DNA of 64,000 nt from Stegostoma tigrinum (Eukaryota), in the NCBI RefSeq assembly GCF_030684315.1, contig NC_081381.1, positions 34,206,784 through 34,270,783 on the forward strand, given 5' to 3'. The first letter of the stretch is position 1. Each line of letters opens with the position of its first letter. The notes beneath the pieces were generated by a model, which worked only from the letters and a program-made list of their open reading frames with translations, made no database searches and had not been told where the DNA came from. Shown here piece by piece: positions 36,954-49,002 of this stretch. A program made the position numbers and the translations under genes.

Positions 36954-39187
36954 CCAGTGTCATGATATTAGGTTTAAAACATTCAACATAGTTTCAGCAA
37001 GAATGTACTTATATATCATTGACTAATTCAAGCACAAAGCGAATCAAGATTTATAATTGACCGTGGACAGTACCTTAATCAGAGACAGCATGGACATGAA
37101 TGACAACCATTCCTACAAACCATCTGTATAAATTCACATCTTACTTGAACAGTGTGTCAGTAACGCTGTAACATTGAGTTGCCGGGGACAGGCTAACATT
37201 GGTGACTCCCCACAAAGTCAGTGACAGGTTTTGCCTCAGTAGTAGGAAATATTTAATTGCTAAGGGTAGGTGTCAGTCACTCTGACAGGCTAACCATTCC
37301 AACTTCTCTTCCTGACATTAATATGCACAATGTACAAGTAACTCGTCCTTAGTCCCCAAACTGGAGCCATTTGCATTATCGAACCAGGGTTCCAGCGTAT
37401 TTGCATAATGCTGCCTGAAGGCACTATCTCCCCGTTGGAGATCTGGGAGCGTGAGCCATTGCATTTACATGCTAACAAAAATCCAAATTGAATCATGAAT
37501 AAAAATGCTCAAAATTTGTCAAATTTATCATTCCGCTTGGAGACATTCCCCAAGTTATGGGACAGATCCATTCAGATTGATACTGTGAATCACAATAATG
37601 GGTAATTAGAACTCCTTGACAGGAGAAATAATACAGTCCAATCTTCCCAAAACAAATCTAGGACTGACCACTGATAACTTTACTGGATGAATGCATTAAT
37701 CTATCAAGTTTTATTTATAATCTTTCAAGTATTAATCTATCATTTAACACAAGCGCCAACGAGTTGACTGTAAAATAGCAGAGAAATCCATTACAAACAC
37801 AAGTAGCATCAACTTTCTTAAAATCACCAACAGTAACTTCCAACATTTGGTGCCTTTACTTCCTTTCACTCTCACATTTCAAAACAGCCCAAAGGCTCTT
37901 TCATAACACAAAGCAGAAAAGGAATATTTTCAATTTTAGAAGCTGAACATAGAGCCTGTATTCATTGCACAGAGGTAAATCAGTGAGGCAACATCACAAA
38001 CTCTGTAAGGAAACTCAACAATGAACCTCTCCGTGTGGGACACAAACAATGAGTTAAACCTTGATACTCTAAAGAAAACCTCCAGGGATTCCACAAAGCA
38101 GACAGAATGTAACCCAGGGACATCATCGAGAAGAAAACTGATTAGATTGCCAAATGAATTGAAATAGACCTCCTCCACCCCACTCTGAGTAGGAGGTTAG
38201 CAATGTCTCTGCCGACAACCGGGAGCTCACTACCAACTTTAATTCAGAAAAATACTTCAACCTTTCATCAGCAAACAGAGAGAGTTACTGGGTTACACAC
38301 TTCACTGACAGCCATGAATTGTTCACGACCATTCAATATGACAAAGTGCTGAGTGGTTGGATCAGAGCTTTATTCAGGACGAAGCTTACCTGAATGAGCC
38401 AGGTGTGTCAACTTAAAGATGCTATCACCTGTTGAAATATGGGAAATGGCAAAAAAAATCACATGAAGAGTATGTGTATACAATACCCTCCTTACAGTCA
38501 GCTCTCCTAATCACCAACATTTAGCTTAATTGATTGTACCAAGGTAAGCTGCTCCATATCCTGCTTTGTTTATCTGTTTACATTGCATTTGTTGGTGACA
38601 GAATTTGAAACAGAGGAGACTCATTGGACTTTGTCATCTTGGATTCCATGCTACAAACTCAGTTGACAGTAAACCTGATGGCCTTATGATTGAGTCACTT
38701 ATCAGTATCTGGCACTAGCAGTGCTGTATCTTCTAAGAGTCTAACATCAATCAAGTAATAGCTTTGTGTAAGTGTTACGGAATAATTGTTTTTATATGCA
38801 TTTTCCAAAGGTCACCTCGTGCCTTGCTTACGAGCAACGATCTCAGAAATGATGCGGACTGGGGAGCACAGAGATTTCCTTGTCCTTGACTCCTGACAGA
38901 ACATAGATTGGTTCTGCAAACAGAAGCCTAATACTGTTTCACAGGTAAAGCAATTAAATGACAGGGCCAATAATTTTGTCATTTTGTTTTGAAAAGTGCT
39001 TACTGTATGGAAGTTGAGATAAACTTGTCTCCAAACAACGCTTCTTCAAATTCCAGCACTGGAGAGATTGAAGAAGTGGAGAAACCGACCCACATTTCAT
39101 CTCAACGATCATCAAAAACTGGTGAGCAATGGAACTAGAGCCACATGAAACGAATCATCCTCAGAGTGACAGAAGGAGAGAAAACGG

Positions 39188-40727
39188 AGATAACAAGATG
39201 TGGAGCTGGATGAACACAACAGGCCAAGCAGCATCCGAGGAGCAGGAAAGCTGATGTTTCGGGCCTGAACCCTTCATCAGAAATGGTGGAGGGGAGGAGG
39301 TTCTGAAATAAATAGGGAGAGAGGGAGAGGCGGAGAGAAGTTGGATAGAGGAGAAGATAGGTGGAGAGGAGACAGATCGAACAAAGAGGCAAGGATGGAG
39401 CCAGTAGAGATGAGTGTAGGTGGGGAGGTAGGGAGGAAATAGGTCAGTCCAGGGAGGAAGGACAGGTCAAGGGGTCGGGATGAGGCTAATAGGTAGGAGA
39501 TGGGGGTGGGGCTTGAGGTGGAAGGGGGGATAGATGTAAGGGAGGACAGGTTAGGGACGTGGGGATGAGCTGGGCTGGTTTTGGGATGCAGTGGGGGGAG
39601 GGGAGATTTTGAAGCTGGTGAAGTCCACATTGATCCCATTGGGCTGCAGGGTTCCCAAGCGGAATATGAGTTGCTGTTCCTGCAACCTTCGGGTGGCATC
39701 ATTGTGGCACTGCAGGAGGCCCATGATGGACATGTCATCTAAGGAATGGGAGGGGGAGTGGAAATGGTTCGCAAGTGGGAGGTGCAGTTGTTTATTGCGA
39801 ACCGAGCGGAGGTGTTCTGCAAAGCCTCCACTTGGTTTCCCCGATGTAGAGGAAGCCACAACGGGTACAGCGGATGCAGTATACCACATTGGCAGATGTG
39901 CAAGTGAACACCTGCTTGGTGTGGAAAGTCATCTTGGGGCCTGAGATGGGGGTGAGGGAGGTGGTGTGGGGGCAAGTCTAGCACGTCCCACGGTTGCAGG
40001 GAAAAGGGCTGGGTGTGGTGGGGTGGGAGGGGAGTGTGGAGCGGACAAGGGAGTCATGGATAGAGTGGTCTCTCCGGAAAGCAGATAAGTGTGGGAGGGA
40101 AAAATGTCTTTGGTGGTGGGGTTGGATTGCAGATGGCAGAAGTGTCGGAGAATGATGCGTTGGATCCAGAGGTTGGTGGGGCGGTACGTGAGGACGAGGG
40201 AGATTCTGTTTTGGTCTTTTTTTATTATTGCGGGGAGGGGTGTGAGGGATGAGTTGCGGGAAATGTGGGAGACATGATCGTCGGCATTCTCGACTACTGA
40301 GTGTGGGAAGTTTCGATCCTTGAAAAACGAGAACATCTGAGATGTACAAGAGTGAAATGCCTCACCCTGAGAGCAGATGTGGCGGAGGCGAAGGAATTGG
40401 AATAGGGGATGGCATTGTTGCAGGAAGGTGGATGGGAGGAGGTGTATTCTCGGCAGCTTTGGGAGTTAGTGGGCTTGAAATGGATATCAGTTTCTAGGTG
40501 GTTGCCGGACATGGAGATAGGTCCAGGAAGGAGAGAGAGGTATTAGAGATGATCCAGGTGAACATAAGGTTGGGGTGGAAGGTGTTGGTGAAGTGCATGA
40601 ACTGTTCAAGCTCCTCTTGGGAGCACGAGGCAGCGGCGATACAGTCATCAATGTAACAGAGGAAGAGGTGGGGTTTAGGGCCAGTGTAGGTACAGAAGAG
40701 GGACTGTTCCACGTAACCTACAAAGAC
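39188..40727 (-). mobile_element. Penelope-like retroelement (RT C-terminal half + GIY-YIG endonuclease), frameshifted
   Basis: LFLCYIDDCIAAASCSQEELEQFMHFTNTFHPNL (RT), SSHPPSCNNAIPYS, FTCTSANVVYCIRC..YIGET..FAEHLRS (GIY-YIG); HHR motif 39253-39280. Confidence 0.9.
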
Positions 40728-41172
40728 ACCCCTACCACATCCCAAAAACCAGCCAAGCTCGTCCCCGCCTCCCTAACCTGTCCTTACACCTACCTCCTCC
40801 TCCCACCTTGGGCCCACCCCCATCTCCTACCTACTAGTCTCATCCTGCCCCCTTGACCTGTCCGTCCTCCCTGGACTGACCTATCTCCTCCCTATCTCCC
40901 CACCTACACTCACCTTTACTGGCTCCATCCCCACCTCTTTGACCTGTCTGTCTCCTCTCCAACTATCTTCTCCTCTATCCATCTTCAATCCGCCTCCCCC
41001 TCTTGCCCTATTTATTTCAGAACTCTCTCCCCCTCCCCCAATCTGAAGATGGGTCTAAGCCCAAAACATCAAGCTTTCCTGCTCCTCTGATGCTGCTTGG
41101 CCTGCTGTGTTCATCCAGCTCCACACCTTGTTATCTCAGATCCTCCAGCATCTGCAGTTCCTACTATCACTG
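40728..41172 (+). mobile_element. Inverted pLTR/3' segment joined to the 5'-truncated PLE
   Basis: Reverse-complement copy of about 39190-39600 fused directly at about 40728. Confidence 0.8.
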
Positions 41173-41768
41173 AAACAGAAATTAGGCCATGTGTTGGCCC
41201 AGGCTGTTCAGAACTCCACAGAGTAAGAAGTCACTCATTATAGTTGTGAATAGCGCACTGCTGGCTGAAAGGCCAGTTTAAGCTGATGTTGGTGATTTAA
41301 TTTTCTGAACACTGGAAAAGCGAAAAGGCTTTGAGCCAATTTGATACATTAAATCAGCATCAGGGTTTAGAGGAGTGCACTGAATAAACATGCCAGAAGT
41401 TCTAGGATTGCACAGTAGGATGGCTTGTCTTTGCATAGAATTATTACTGAAAGTACAGAATTTGTGCTGCAGATACCAGCTCCTCACTACATAAATCTTC
41501 CATTCCCTAACTTCCAGTTTGTTATCATCAGCTTTATTAATGTCCTCTTCACCTTCCGGTTCTTTAATCGGCTCCTGTTGACTAATTCCTCCACCTGTCC
41601 CACACGCACTTTTGCTTTTTTCTAAAGGGTTGACATTTGCTGCTCGCATTTCTGTTTGTATCTGGAACTTGTGACACCAGTGACCATTTTCCCTGTTTAA
41701 TCCTCACCATTATGGCCATTAATGAGCTCAATGCCACCCAGGTCCTAAGTCGGCACAAATGTTTTAAG

Positions 41769-41915
41769 TGATACAGTCATTCAGCTATCTTTTGTAAGCA
41801 GGAAAGTCAAACCATTTCCTTCCAGAGAGTCTCCTCACTCTATTTAATTTCTGCCTGAACGACAGCAATTTTATCAGTGTGAGATGGAGTTACTTCACTA
41901 AGGTGGCTTTTGTGA
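41769..41915 (-). pseudogene. Copy 3 of the coding-like block
   Basis: Minus reading HKSHLSEVTPSHTDKIAVVQAEIK*SEETLWKEMV*LSCLQK; embedded in a purine-rich minus-strand stretch 41280-42450. Confidence 0.4.
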
Positions 41916-42747
41916 TTTTCCATTGGGGCCTCACTGAATGATCATCATGACTGGGTACCCTGGCTAATTTCATATCGCTTTGTGCAGTGACAATGAGGTT
42001 AGTGGCTTCTGCTCCTACTGCCAAACTATGAACAGTAGGAGCTAGAGACTGAAGTGCAGATCTACGCTATGCTCCTCACTGTTCAATGCAGTGATGTTGG
42101 TGGCGTTCCTTGTTTCAAACAGCAATTTTCTCTGGTTTTCCCTCTCATTCATTGTGTCCCTTTTGTCGTGTTTTTATGCCCCTCCTCTCTCAACCATTTC
42201 CATTTTGTCCACACTCTGTCATCCATTCCCTGTAGAAGTTGTTGCATTTCCTTCGTTAGACTGGATTTCTGATAGAATCACAGTTTTTGTTTCTTTATCG
42301 CAGTCTATGCCTCTGATATTTTCCTCTCTCTGCAATATTTTCAGTCTATCAAACTTTAATCTCTCTCCATTCCCTCACCCAGCACCAGCTGTAACTGAAT
42401 TGGAAGCACTCTAGTGCTCATTTGTGTCTTCCTCGAAATCTTGATTAGAAGGCAAGTTATTTAATTTCAGGAACCCGGACTGCAGCTTGCTGCAAACAGA
42501 AGAGATGTAGGTATCCTCTCTCTCTGTGTGACGATGGTTGAGTCTCATAGTCTGGGGTCCAGTAAAAGCCGCTGATCATTAAAAAGTCAAGACAATGGAA
42601 CTGAACGTATTAAAAATAAATAGGTGTATGGCTAGCTCCCTCTGATGGAGGCATGTGTAATTACATACCAGTACAATTACATCAGCCTTTGTAATGTTAC
42701 CACACAAATGATTAATGCACCCTTCTCAAATCCCACTCTCTATTGTG

Positions 42748-42915
42748 TTAATTGGGGTGTGAATCCATTCCTTTTAACATCAATTAACGCTTCTGTTGAA
42801 ACAGTAGATAAAGCATTTCAGATAGAGAGGAATATCATCTTATGGTGTGGTTTCCAAGTAATGATCTTGAATACATCTATCCTTCAAAATATCTACAGAA
42901 ATTTCTACAGAACAA
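42748..42915 (+). repeat. Left arm of a ~170-bp inverted repeat
   Basis: Reverse complement of 45186-45358 (ORF track gives NPFLLTSIN..IILWCGFQVMILNT on opposite strands). Confidence 0.9.
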
Positions 42916-43304
42916 TTCGCTGCTTATAAGAGATTTACAAGGTGTACAGCTGGATGAACACAGCAGGCCAAGCAGCATCAGAGGAGCAGGAAGGCTGATG
43001 TTTTGAGCCTAGACCCTTCTTCAGAAAAAATTCACTGCCTGACAGGTTACCTTGTATAGTTCCTAATTGACAGCAACAGCTTGACTCAACTGATACAGTG
43101 GTTGGAGTCAGAAGTTCCCTGCCAGGGTTTGAACAAAAAAATGTACACTGACACTCCCTTGTTGTACTAGGGAAGTGCTGCTCTGTTACCTCTGATGACC
43201 CTCATTGAGCTGTTACACTGGAGTTCTAAAGTGGTCAAAAAGATTCCCGGCACTACTTGGAGGATGCTCCTACAGTAGCCTGGACTGACACCAAACTACC
43301 GAAT

Positions 43305-43520
43305 ATAGAATCATAGAATCCCTACAGTTTGGGAGCAGGCCATTCAGCCCATTGAGTCCATGTTGACCCTCTGAACAGCATCCCAGCCAGATGCATTTCC
43401 CCCTACCCTATCCCTGTAATCCTGCATCTCCCACGGCCAAACCACCTAGCCTTCACACCCCAGGACACTACGGGGCAATTTAGCACGGCCAATCCACACA
43501 AGCTGCACATTTTTGGACTG
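43305..43520 (-). mobile_element. HE1 SINE 3' part
   Basis: catagaatccctacagt...gcaatttagcacggccaatcca. Confidence 0.7.
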
Positions 43521-44139
43521 GGGTAAATTCAGAAAGTGCAGAAAAATTCAGCAGTTTGGCAGCATCTATGGAGAAAGGAATAGAGTTAATGTTTTGAGTC
43601 CAATATGACTGTTTTTCAGAACTGCAGCTTCGAAGGAGTGTCACACTGGACTCAATCTGTTAACTGTTTCTCCCTCCACAGATGCTGCCCGGCATTCTGA
43701 CTTTCTCCAGCAATTCCTATTTTTATCTTAGATTTGCAGCACCTGCAGAATTTTGTTTTCATTGATGCTGTGGGACATCTTGCTGAGCAGCAACTATATT
43801 TTCCAAGACAACAGCCAGTGCATTTCAAAATAAAAATTCTTGTGAAATGCTCTGAAACAAGCTTGAGACACCTATTAAGTTATTGTGCAAACTTATGTGG
43901 ACACAGTATAACCAGCCAGTATGTTGCAATTACCCAATATACGAGCAATTTGTTCTGTTTGCACAGCAAGTGCCAACGGATTCTGGTAAAAGCAGTGCAA
44001 TTCAGAAAAGAACTTGAAATGGAATAATTTTACCTAAGTTCACGGACATTGCCTTGGATCATCATTCTGGGTGAGAATGAGGATTTCTGATGTTACTGCA
44101 AATGATGTCTGCACCGTTTGAAGAGTCTGGGAAGTAATG

Positions 44140-45125
44140 CAACATCCTCTGACACTTCCACCATCTGCAATCCGACTTGACCACCAAAGACATTTTTCCC
44201 TCCCCACCCTTGTCTGCCTTCCGGAGGGACCACTCTCTCCATGACTACTTTGTCCGCTCCACACTCCCCTCCAACCCCACCACATCCAGCACTTTCCCCT
44301 GCAACTGCAGGAAGTGCTACACCTGTCCCCACACCTCCCCCTTCAACCCCATCCCAGGCCCCAAGGAGACTTTCCACATTAAGCAGAGGTTCACCTGCAC
44401 ATCTGCCAATGTGGTACACTGCATCCACTGTTCCTGTTGTGGCCTCCTCTACATTGGGGAATCCAAGCGGAAGCTTGGGGGCTGCTTTGCAGAACACCTC
44501 CGCTCGGTTCGCAATAAACAACTGCACCTCCCAGTCGCAAACCATTTCAACTCCCCCTCCCATTCTGCAGACGAAATGTCCATCCTGGACCTCCTGCAGT
44601 GCCACAACGATGCCACCCAAAGGTTGCAGGAACAGCAACTCATATTCCGCTTGGGAACCCTACAGACCAGTGGTATCAATGTGGATTTCATAAGCTTCAA
44701 AATCTCCCCTCCCCCTACTACATCCCAAAACCAGCCCAGCTCATCCGCGCCTGCCTCACCTGTTCCTCCTCTCACCTATCCCCTCCTCCCACCTCAAGCC
44801 CCACCCCTGTCTCCAACTTACTAGCCTCATCCTGCCTCCTTGACCTGTCCATCCTCCCTGGACTGACCTATCTCCTCCCCAACTCCCCACCTACACTCAT
44901 CTTTACTGGCTCCATCCTCACCTCTTTGATCGATCTGTCTCCTCTCCTCCTCTATCCTCTCCTCTATCCATCTTCTCTTCACCTCTCCCTTTCTCCCTAT
45001 TTATTTCAGAACCTCCTCCCCCTCCCCCATTTCTGAAGAAGGGTTTAGGCCCGAAACGTCAGCCTTCCTGCTCCGCTGATGCTGCTTGGCCTGCTGTGTT
45101 CATCCACCTCCACACTTTGTTATCA
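44140..45125 (+). mobile_element. Penelope-like element 3' part (GIY-YIG endonuclease + pLTR with HHR)
   Basis: ORF 44177-44824 CNCRKCYTCP...FTCTSANVVHCIHCSCCGLLYIGESKRKLGGCFAEHLRSV...EQQLIFRLGTLQTSGINVDF; ctgaagaagggtttaggcccgaaacgtc at 45033-45060. Confidence 0.9.
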
Positions 45126-45185
45126 GCATTTCACCTTGCTATTTCCTTACTGTCACCTCCCTTGTTCAAGAACTATCCAGAACTG

Positions 45186-45358
45186 TTGTTCTGTGGAAAT
45201 TTCTGTAGATATTTTGATGGAAAGGACACATGTATTCAAGATCATTACTTGGAAACCACACCATATGATGATATCCCTCTCTATCTGAAATGTTTTATCT
45301 ACTGTTTTAACAGAAGTGTTAATTGATGTTAAAAGGAATGGATTCACACCCTGATTAA
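45186..45358 (-). repeat. Right arm of the ~170-bp inverted repeat
   Basis: Reverse complement of 42748-42915. Confidence 0.9.
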
Positions 45359-45914
45359 TGTAAGTCTAGATTTTATAGCAAGCCCCCCAAGGTAGTGATC
45401 AGGTGCAGTAACACCATTTGAATTTGGGGATCCTTTAGTTCTGATTTCCCTTAGCTACCAGTTCATCCTTTCATTTTTGTCCTGCAGGATGAATCATCTG
45501 TTTGAAGTTACAGTCTTTCTCCAAAACCCCTGGCATCTCCAACAGTTCGTTGATATTGCAGTCCTCTTCTAACATCCTAGTTCTGAGTTTATTGGAGTTG
45601 CTCCAAGTTTGCTGAGATTCCAATCGTTCTCCATGTCTAATCTACCTCCTCTGTTTTTAACTCTCTGCGTTGTGGTTCTGTGATACTCTTGCTCTCCTTC
45701 CCATTGTAAAGTACTAGTACAGCTATTTCCCTTGCAGGCGCAAAACCACGCCCAGACCCAATCCCAAGCTCCCTTTAGGGACTTTGGCCAGAAATTCATT
45801 CCATGTGCAGGAGGACAGGGAGCAATGAATTTACAATCTTCTCACATCCTCTCCAAAATAGAGACAGAGCTGGATAAACAAAGAGGCACAGCACAGGCTT
45901 CATAAATCATACGT

Positions 45915-45920
45915 TTTATT
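45915..45920 (-). terminator. Candidate CFAP107 polyadenylation signal AATAAA
   Basis: tttatt on + strand about 185 nt past the CFAP107 stop. Confidence 0.5.
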
Positions 45921-46102
45921 ACTGAGAGTTTCTTGTTTAATTTAATTCTGTTGATAACTCCTCCAAAGTTCATTCAGCCATGATCAGATGCAGTGTTCCT
46001 AACATGTCCCAAAAAAATGAATGCACATAGCTGGACAGATTGTCACAGTCCCATTTTTGCCATCAAGTTAAGTCCAGTTAAGAAATTCCAAAGCAACGAT
46101 TG

Positions 46103-46272
46103 TCACTTTTCTGGGACGGGCTGGTGGTAGCTACTTATGGGCTGTCGTGGGATAAGGGATTTGGGACCATAGGAGAGAGTGTAGATAGTGTCATACAATG
46201 CTGGCTGGTTCTCTTCTTTTCTCTTCAATCTGGCTAACTTCTCCTCCAAAAGGCCAAAACTTGTGGGAGGAG
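46103..46272 (-). CDS. CFAP107: CFAP107 coding exon 4 (last)
   Basis: Acceptor tttcctttcag|; phase 1 gives A-PPTSFGLLEEKLARLKRKEENQPALYDTIYTLSYGP...PVPEK*, like recalled human APPTNYGLYEQLK...STYTSSYP. Confidence 0.88.
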
Positions 46273-46963
46273 CTGAAAGGAAATAGATACAAAAGACATC
46301 CCTAAGTTCCAGCTTCAGCAGCTTATGTTTACAGATGTCACCAACATGTGGTAAAATATTCCCATTTTGCATAGCAGGAGTGTTTGCCAATTAAAATTGG
46401 TGCCAAGCCACATAATATAGATAGAAGGCCAGCAGCTTGGTCAAAGAGTTAAATTTCAAGGAGCACCTTAATGCAGGGAAGTGAGGTCGAGAAGGGCTGG
46501 CGGCTTGGGAGGGATTGAAGATATTAAGACCTTGGCAACAGCTTTACGGCTGACCATAGGAGAATGGAGGAAACTTAGGATGTGAATGATCACAGATCAG
46601 ATAGTCCCAGGTTTCATCCCTGTTCAGTGCTGAACTAACTAATCTCAGCTGCAATAGCTAAGTGGGACCTTAGCAACACCAACGCAGGAATGGGAAAACT
46701 GCTCTGGATTTGTTGTAGCATTATCTGCTCGAAAACTCAATCATGAATGGCACGTGCAACCGGGCTGGTCTTGAGAACCTCCTATCATCTTCAGCCTTCA
46801 TTACCACCCTGGAGAAATAACCTTAATGGTGAATGACCATTCAAGCAAAGGACAAGAGAGTGGCTAACACTCAGCAAACGCTGCCAATAGTCAGTCTGTT
46901 CACGGGAGGATGAAGATAGAGAAAGGGGAGAGAATTAGTGTAAACATGCTCTGCAATACATAC

Positions 46964-47138
46964 CTATTAGTGGAACGTCTGTACGTTCTGGGACCCAACC
47001 TGGCAGCCTTGCATTCCATTTACGAAGTGGAGGCAAACATGGGTTTGGACGTCGATTAATGTGTTCATCGTAGTGTGTAACATAGTACCAGGAGCGTGGA
47101 ACGTTGTGATGAGGGAATAATACAGTAATAGGTACACC
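46964..47138 (-). CDS. CFAP107: CFAP107 coding exon 3
   Basis: Acceptor gttttttttag|, donor G|gtatg; GVPITVLFPHHNVPRSWYYVTHYDEHINRRPNPCLPPLRKWNARLPGWVPERTDVPLI, like recalled human GLPYKHLITHH...YDDHYNR..NPGLPPLRTWNG..WLPEKSDFPL. Confidence 0.92.
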
Positions 47139-47214
47139 CTAAAAAAAACAAGGCAACTTATTTAGAGTTTCTTCTTGGTCAAGTACTGTCTGAGGAAGCA
47201 TTAATCATAAGGGC

Positions 47215-47552
47215 TGGTAGGGTGGCTCAGTGGTTACCGCTGCTGCCCACAGGGACCCAGGTTCGATTCCACCCTCAGGTGACTGTCTGTGTGGAGTTTG
47301 CACAGTCTCCCTGTGTCTGTGTGGGTTTCTTCCAGGTACTCTGTCTCCTCCCACAGTCCAAAGATGGGCAGATTAGGGGAATGGCCATGCTAAATTGCCC
47401 CATAGTGTCCGGGGATGTGTAGACTAGGTGGATTAGCCATGAGAAATACAAGGATGGGGTAGGGGGTGGGTCTGAGTGGGATGTTCTTCAGTGGGTCAGT
47501 GTGGGCTTGATGGGCTGATTAGTCTGCTTCCACACTGCAGGGATGCTATGAT
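47215..47552 (+). mobile_element. HE1/V-SINE SINE in CFAP107 intron 2
   Basis: ggtggctcagtggtta, gttcgattcc, V-domain. Confidence 0.85.
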
Positions 47553-48612
47553 TCAAGGACTCTTGTTTTAAAATAAATCAAATGATGTCTATTTGCATAA
47601 GAGGGACACATACCAATAGTCCCATTGCTTTATTTTTGGCTAAATTTCTGCATTCCCCAGCCACTAAGGGGATTACACCAGTCCGTAGCAACTTTCTCTA
47701 AAATTGTTTCATTACCTCAGCAGAGCAGTTCATCCCCAGCAAATCACCTATCATCAGTTCAGTGCTGCTCAGACAGTGGAAGGTAGACTTCTGGTGAAAC
47801 CAGATTCACCTGAAGGAGCTGTGCTAAGCACTACCTCAAGCTGAATCTCTTTCAGAGACTGTTCAACTCACTGAAGGCTTGAAAATTCCTACCTTGCAAA
47901 TGGGAAATGGGATGAGAATAGATAGGTATTTGATGGCTGACACAAATACAATGAGCCAATAGTCCTCTTCCCAGGCTGTAATACTCTGCCACTCTATGAC
48001 CAGATTGGCTAATTGCAACTTTGGTGCCCTGATTACTATTGTAATGGGAAAATCATCAACTTCTTGTTATTAAACTAATAAATCACTGCACAATGACATA
48101 TGTTTATGGAGGTGAATTTGAAGCATATGAGGGGTTGGCAATTTTTGATGTTGAAACAGACGTTCCCTCCCAATGAACACTAAGATTGCATCTTAGGATA
48201 CAGGGGGGAAACTGCAAACAGAGTGATGTAATGGGCCCACAACTGCACAGCGATATTCTACAAGACAGCCCATCAGATCACTTTATTTGTGGCTAAGATA
48301 AAACAGCAACCGTTCCTGATTCCTGTCACTTTCCACCCAACCTTGCTGTTAAGTGTGGGTGGTATCCCTTATCCAAATAGACCCACTGATTGGACTCAGA
48401 TATTTGGAGTAAGAACCGGAGATCAGCTTGTGCTCACTGAAACAGACTCGTATGCACACTTCCTCCCCACCAGCACTGTGACATATGCTCAAAACCATTT
48501 TGTGACCTCAGGAAGGACTTTGTCCCAATGCCATTCAATATTCCTAGTCCAAAGAGCCAGCTTGCCCCTGCCCCCACCCGTCCCTTGTATCCACCCCCCA
48601 ACTTCATCTCAC

Positions 48613-48723
48613 CTGATGTTTTTTCTGGATCCGAACTTTCTCTCTGATGTCTGGCATGACGTATGGGTAGCGCTTGTAGTCAGTTCGGTACGTGGTGGTC
48701 CCGAAGCAAGTCCCCTTGATGAA
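48613..48723 (-). CDS. CFAP107: CFAP107 coding exon 2
   Basis: Acceptor ttcttgttcattcag|, donor CAG|gtgag, 111 nt phase 0-0; FIKGTCFGTTTYRTDYKRYPYVMPDIREKVRIQKKHQ, like recalled human F...SIYRKEYIPFPDHRPD. Confidence 0.88.
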
Positions 48724-49002
48724 CTGAATGAACAAGAAGAAAGAAGTGCTAGTGTTTTACGTAGACATTGAAAGCAGCCTGTTTGACTGATATCCCATCC
48801 ACCACCTCAAAAATCCACTCACTGCACCACCAACACATCATGACGGCAATGTGTACCATCTACAAGAAGCACCGCAGTGACTTGGCAAGTCTCCTTCGAC
48901 AACATCTCCCAAACCCACAACCTCAACCACCCAAAAGGACCAGGACAGGAGCCACATTGTACTACTGCCACATTTGATTTATCCTTCAAACCACACACTA
49001 CT

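Noticed and set aside
48289-48771. 160-aa plus-strand ORF
   Set aside because: Antisense overlap of CFAP107 exon 2 and intron; no recognisable protein.
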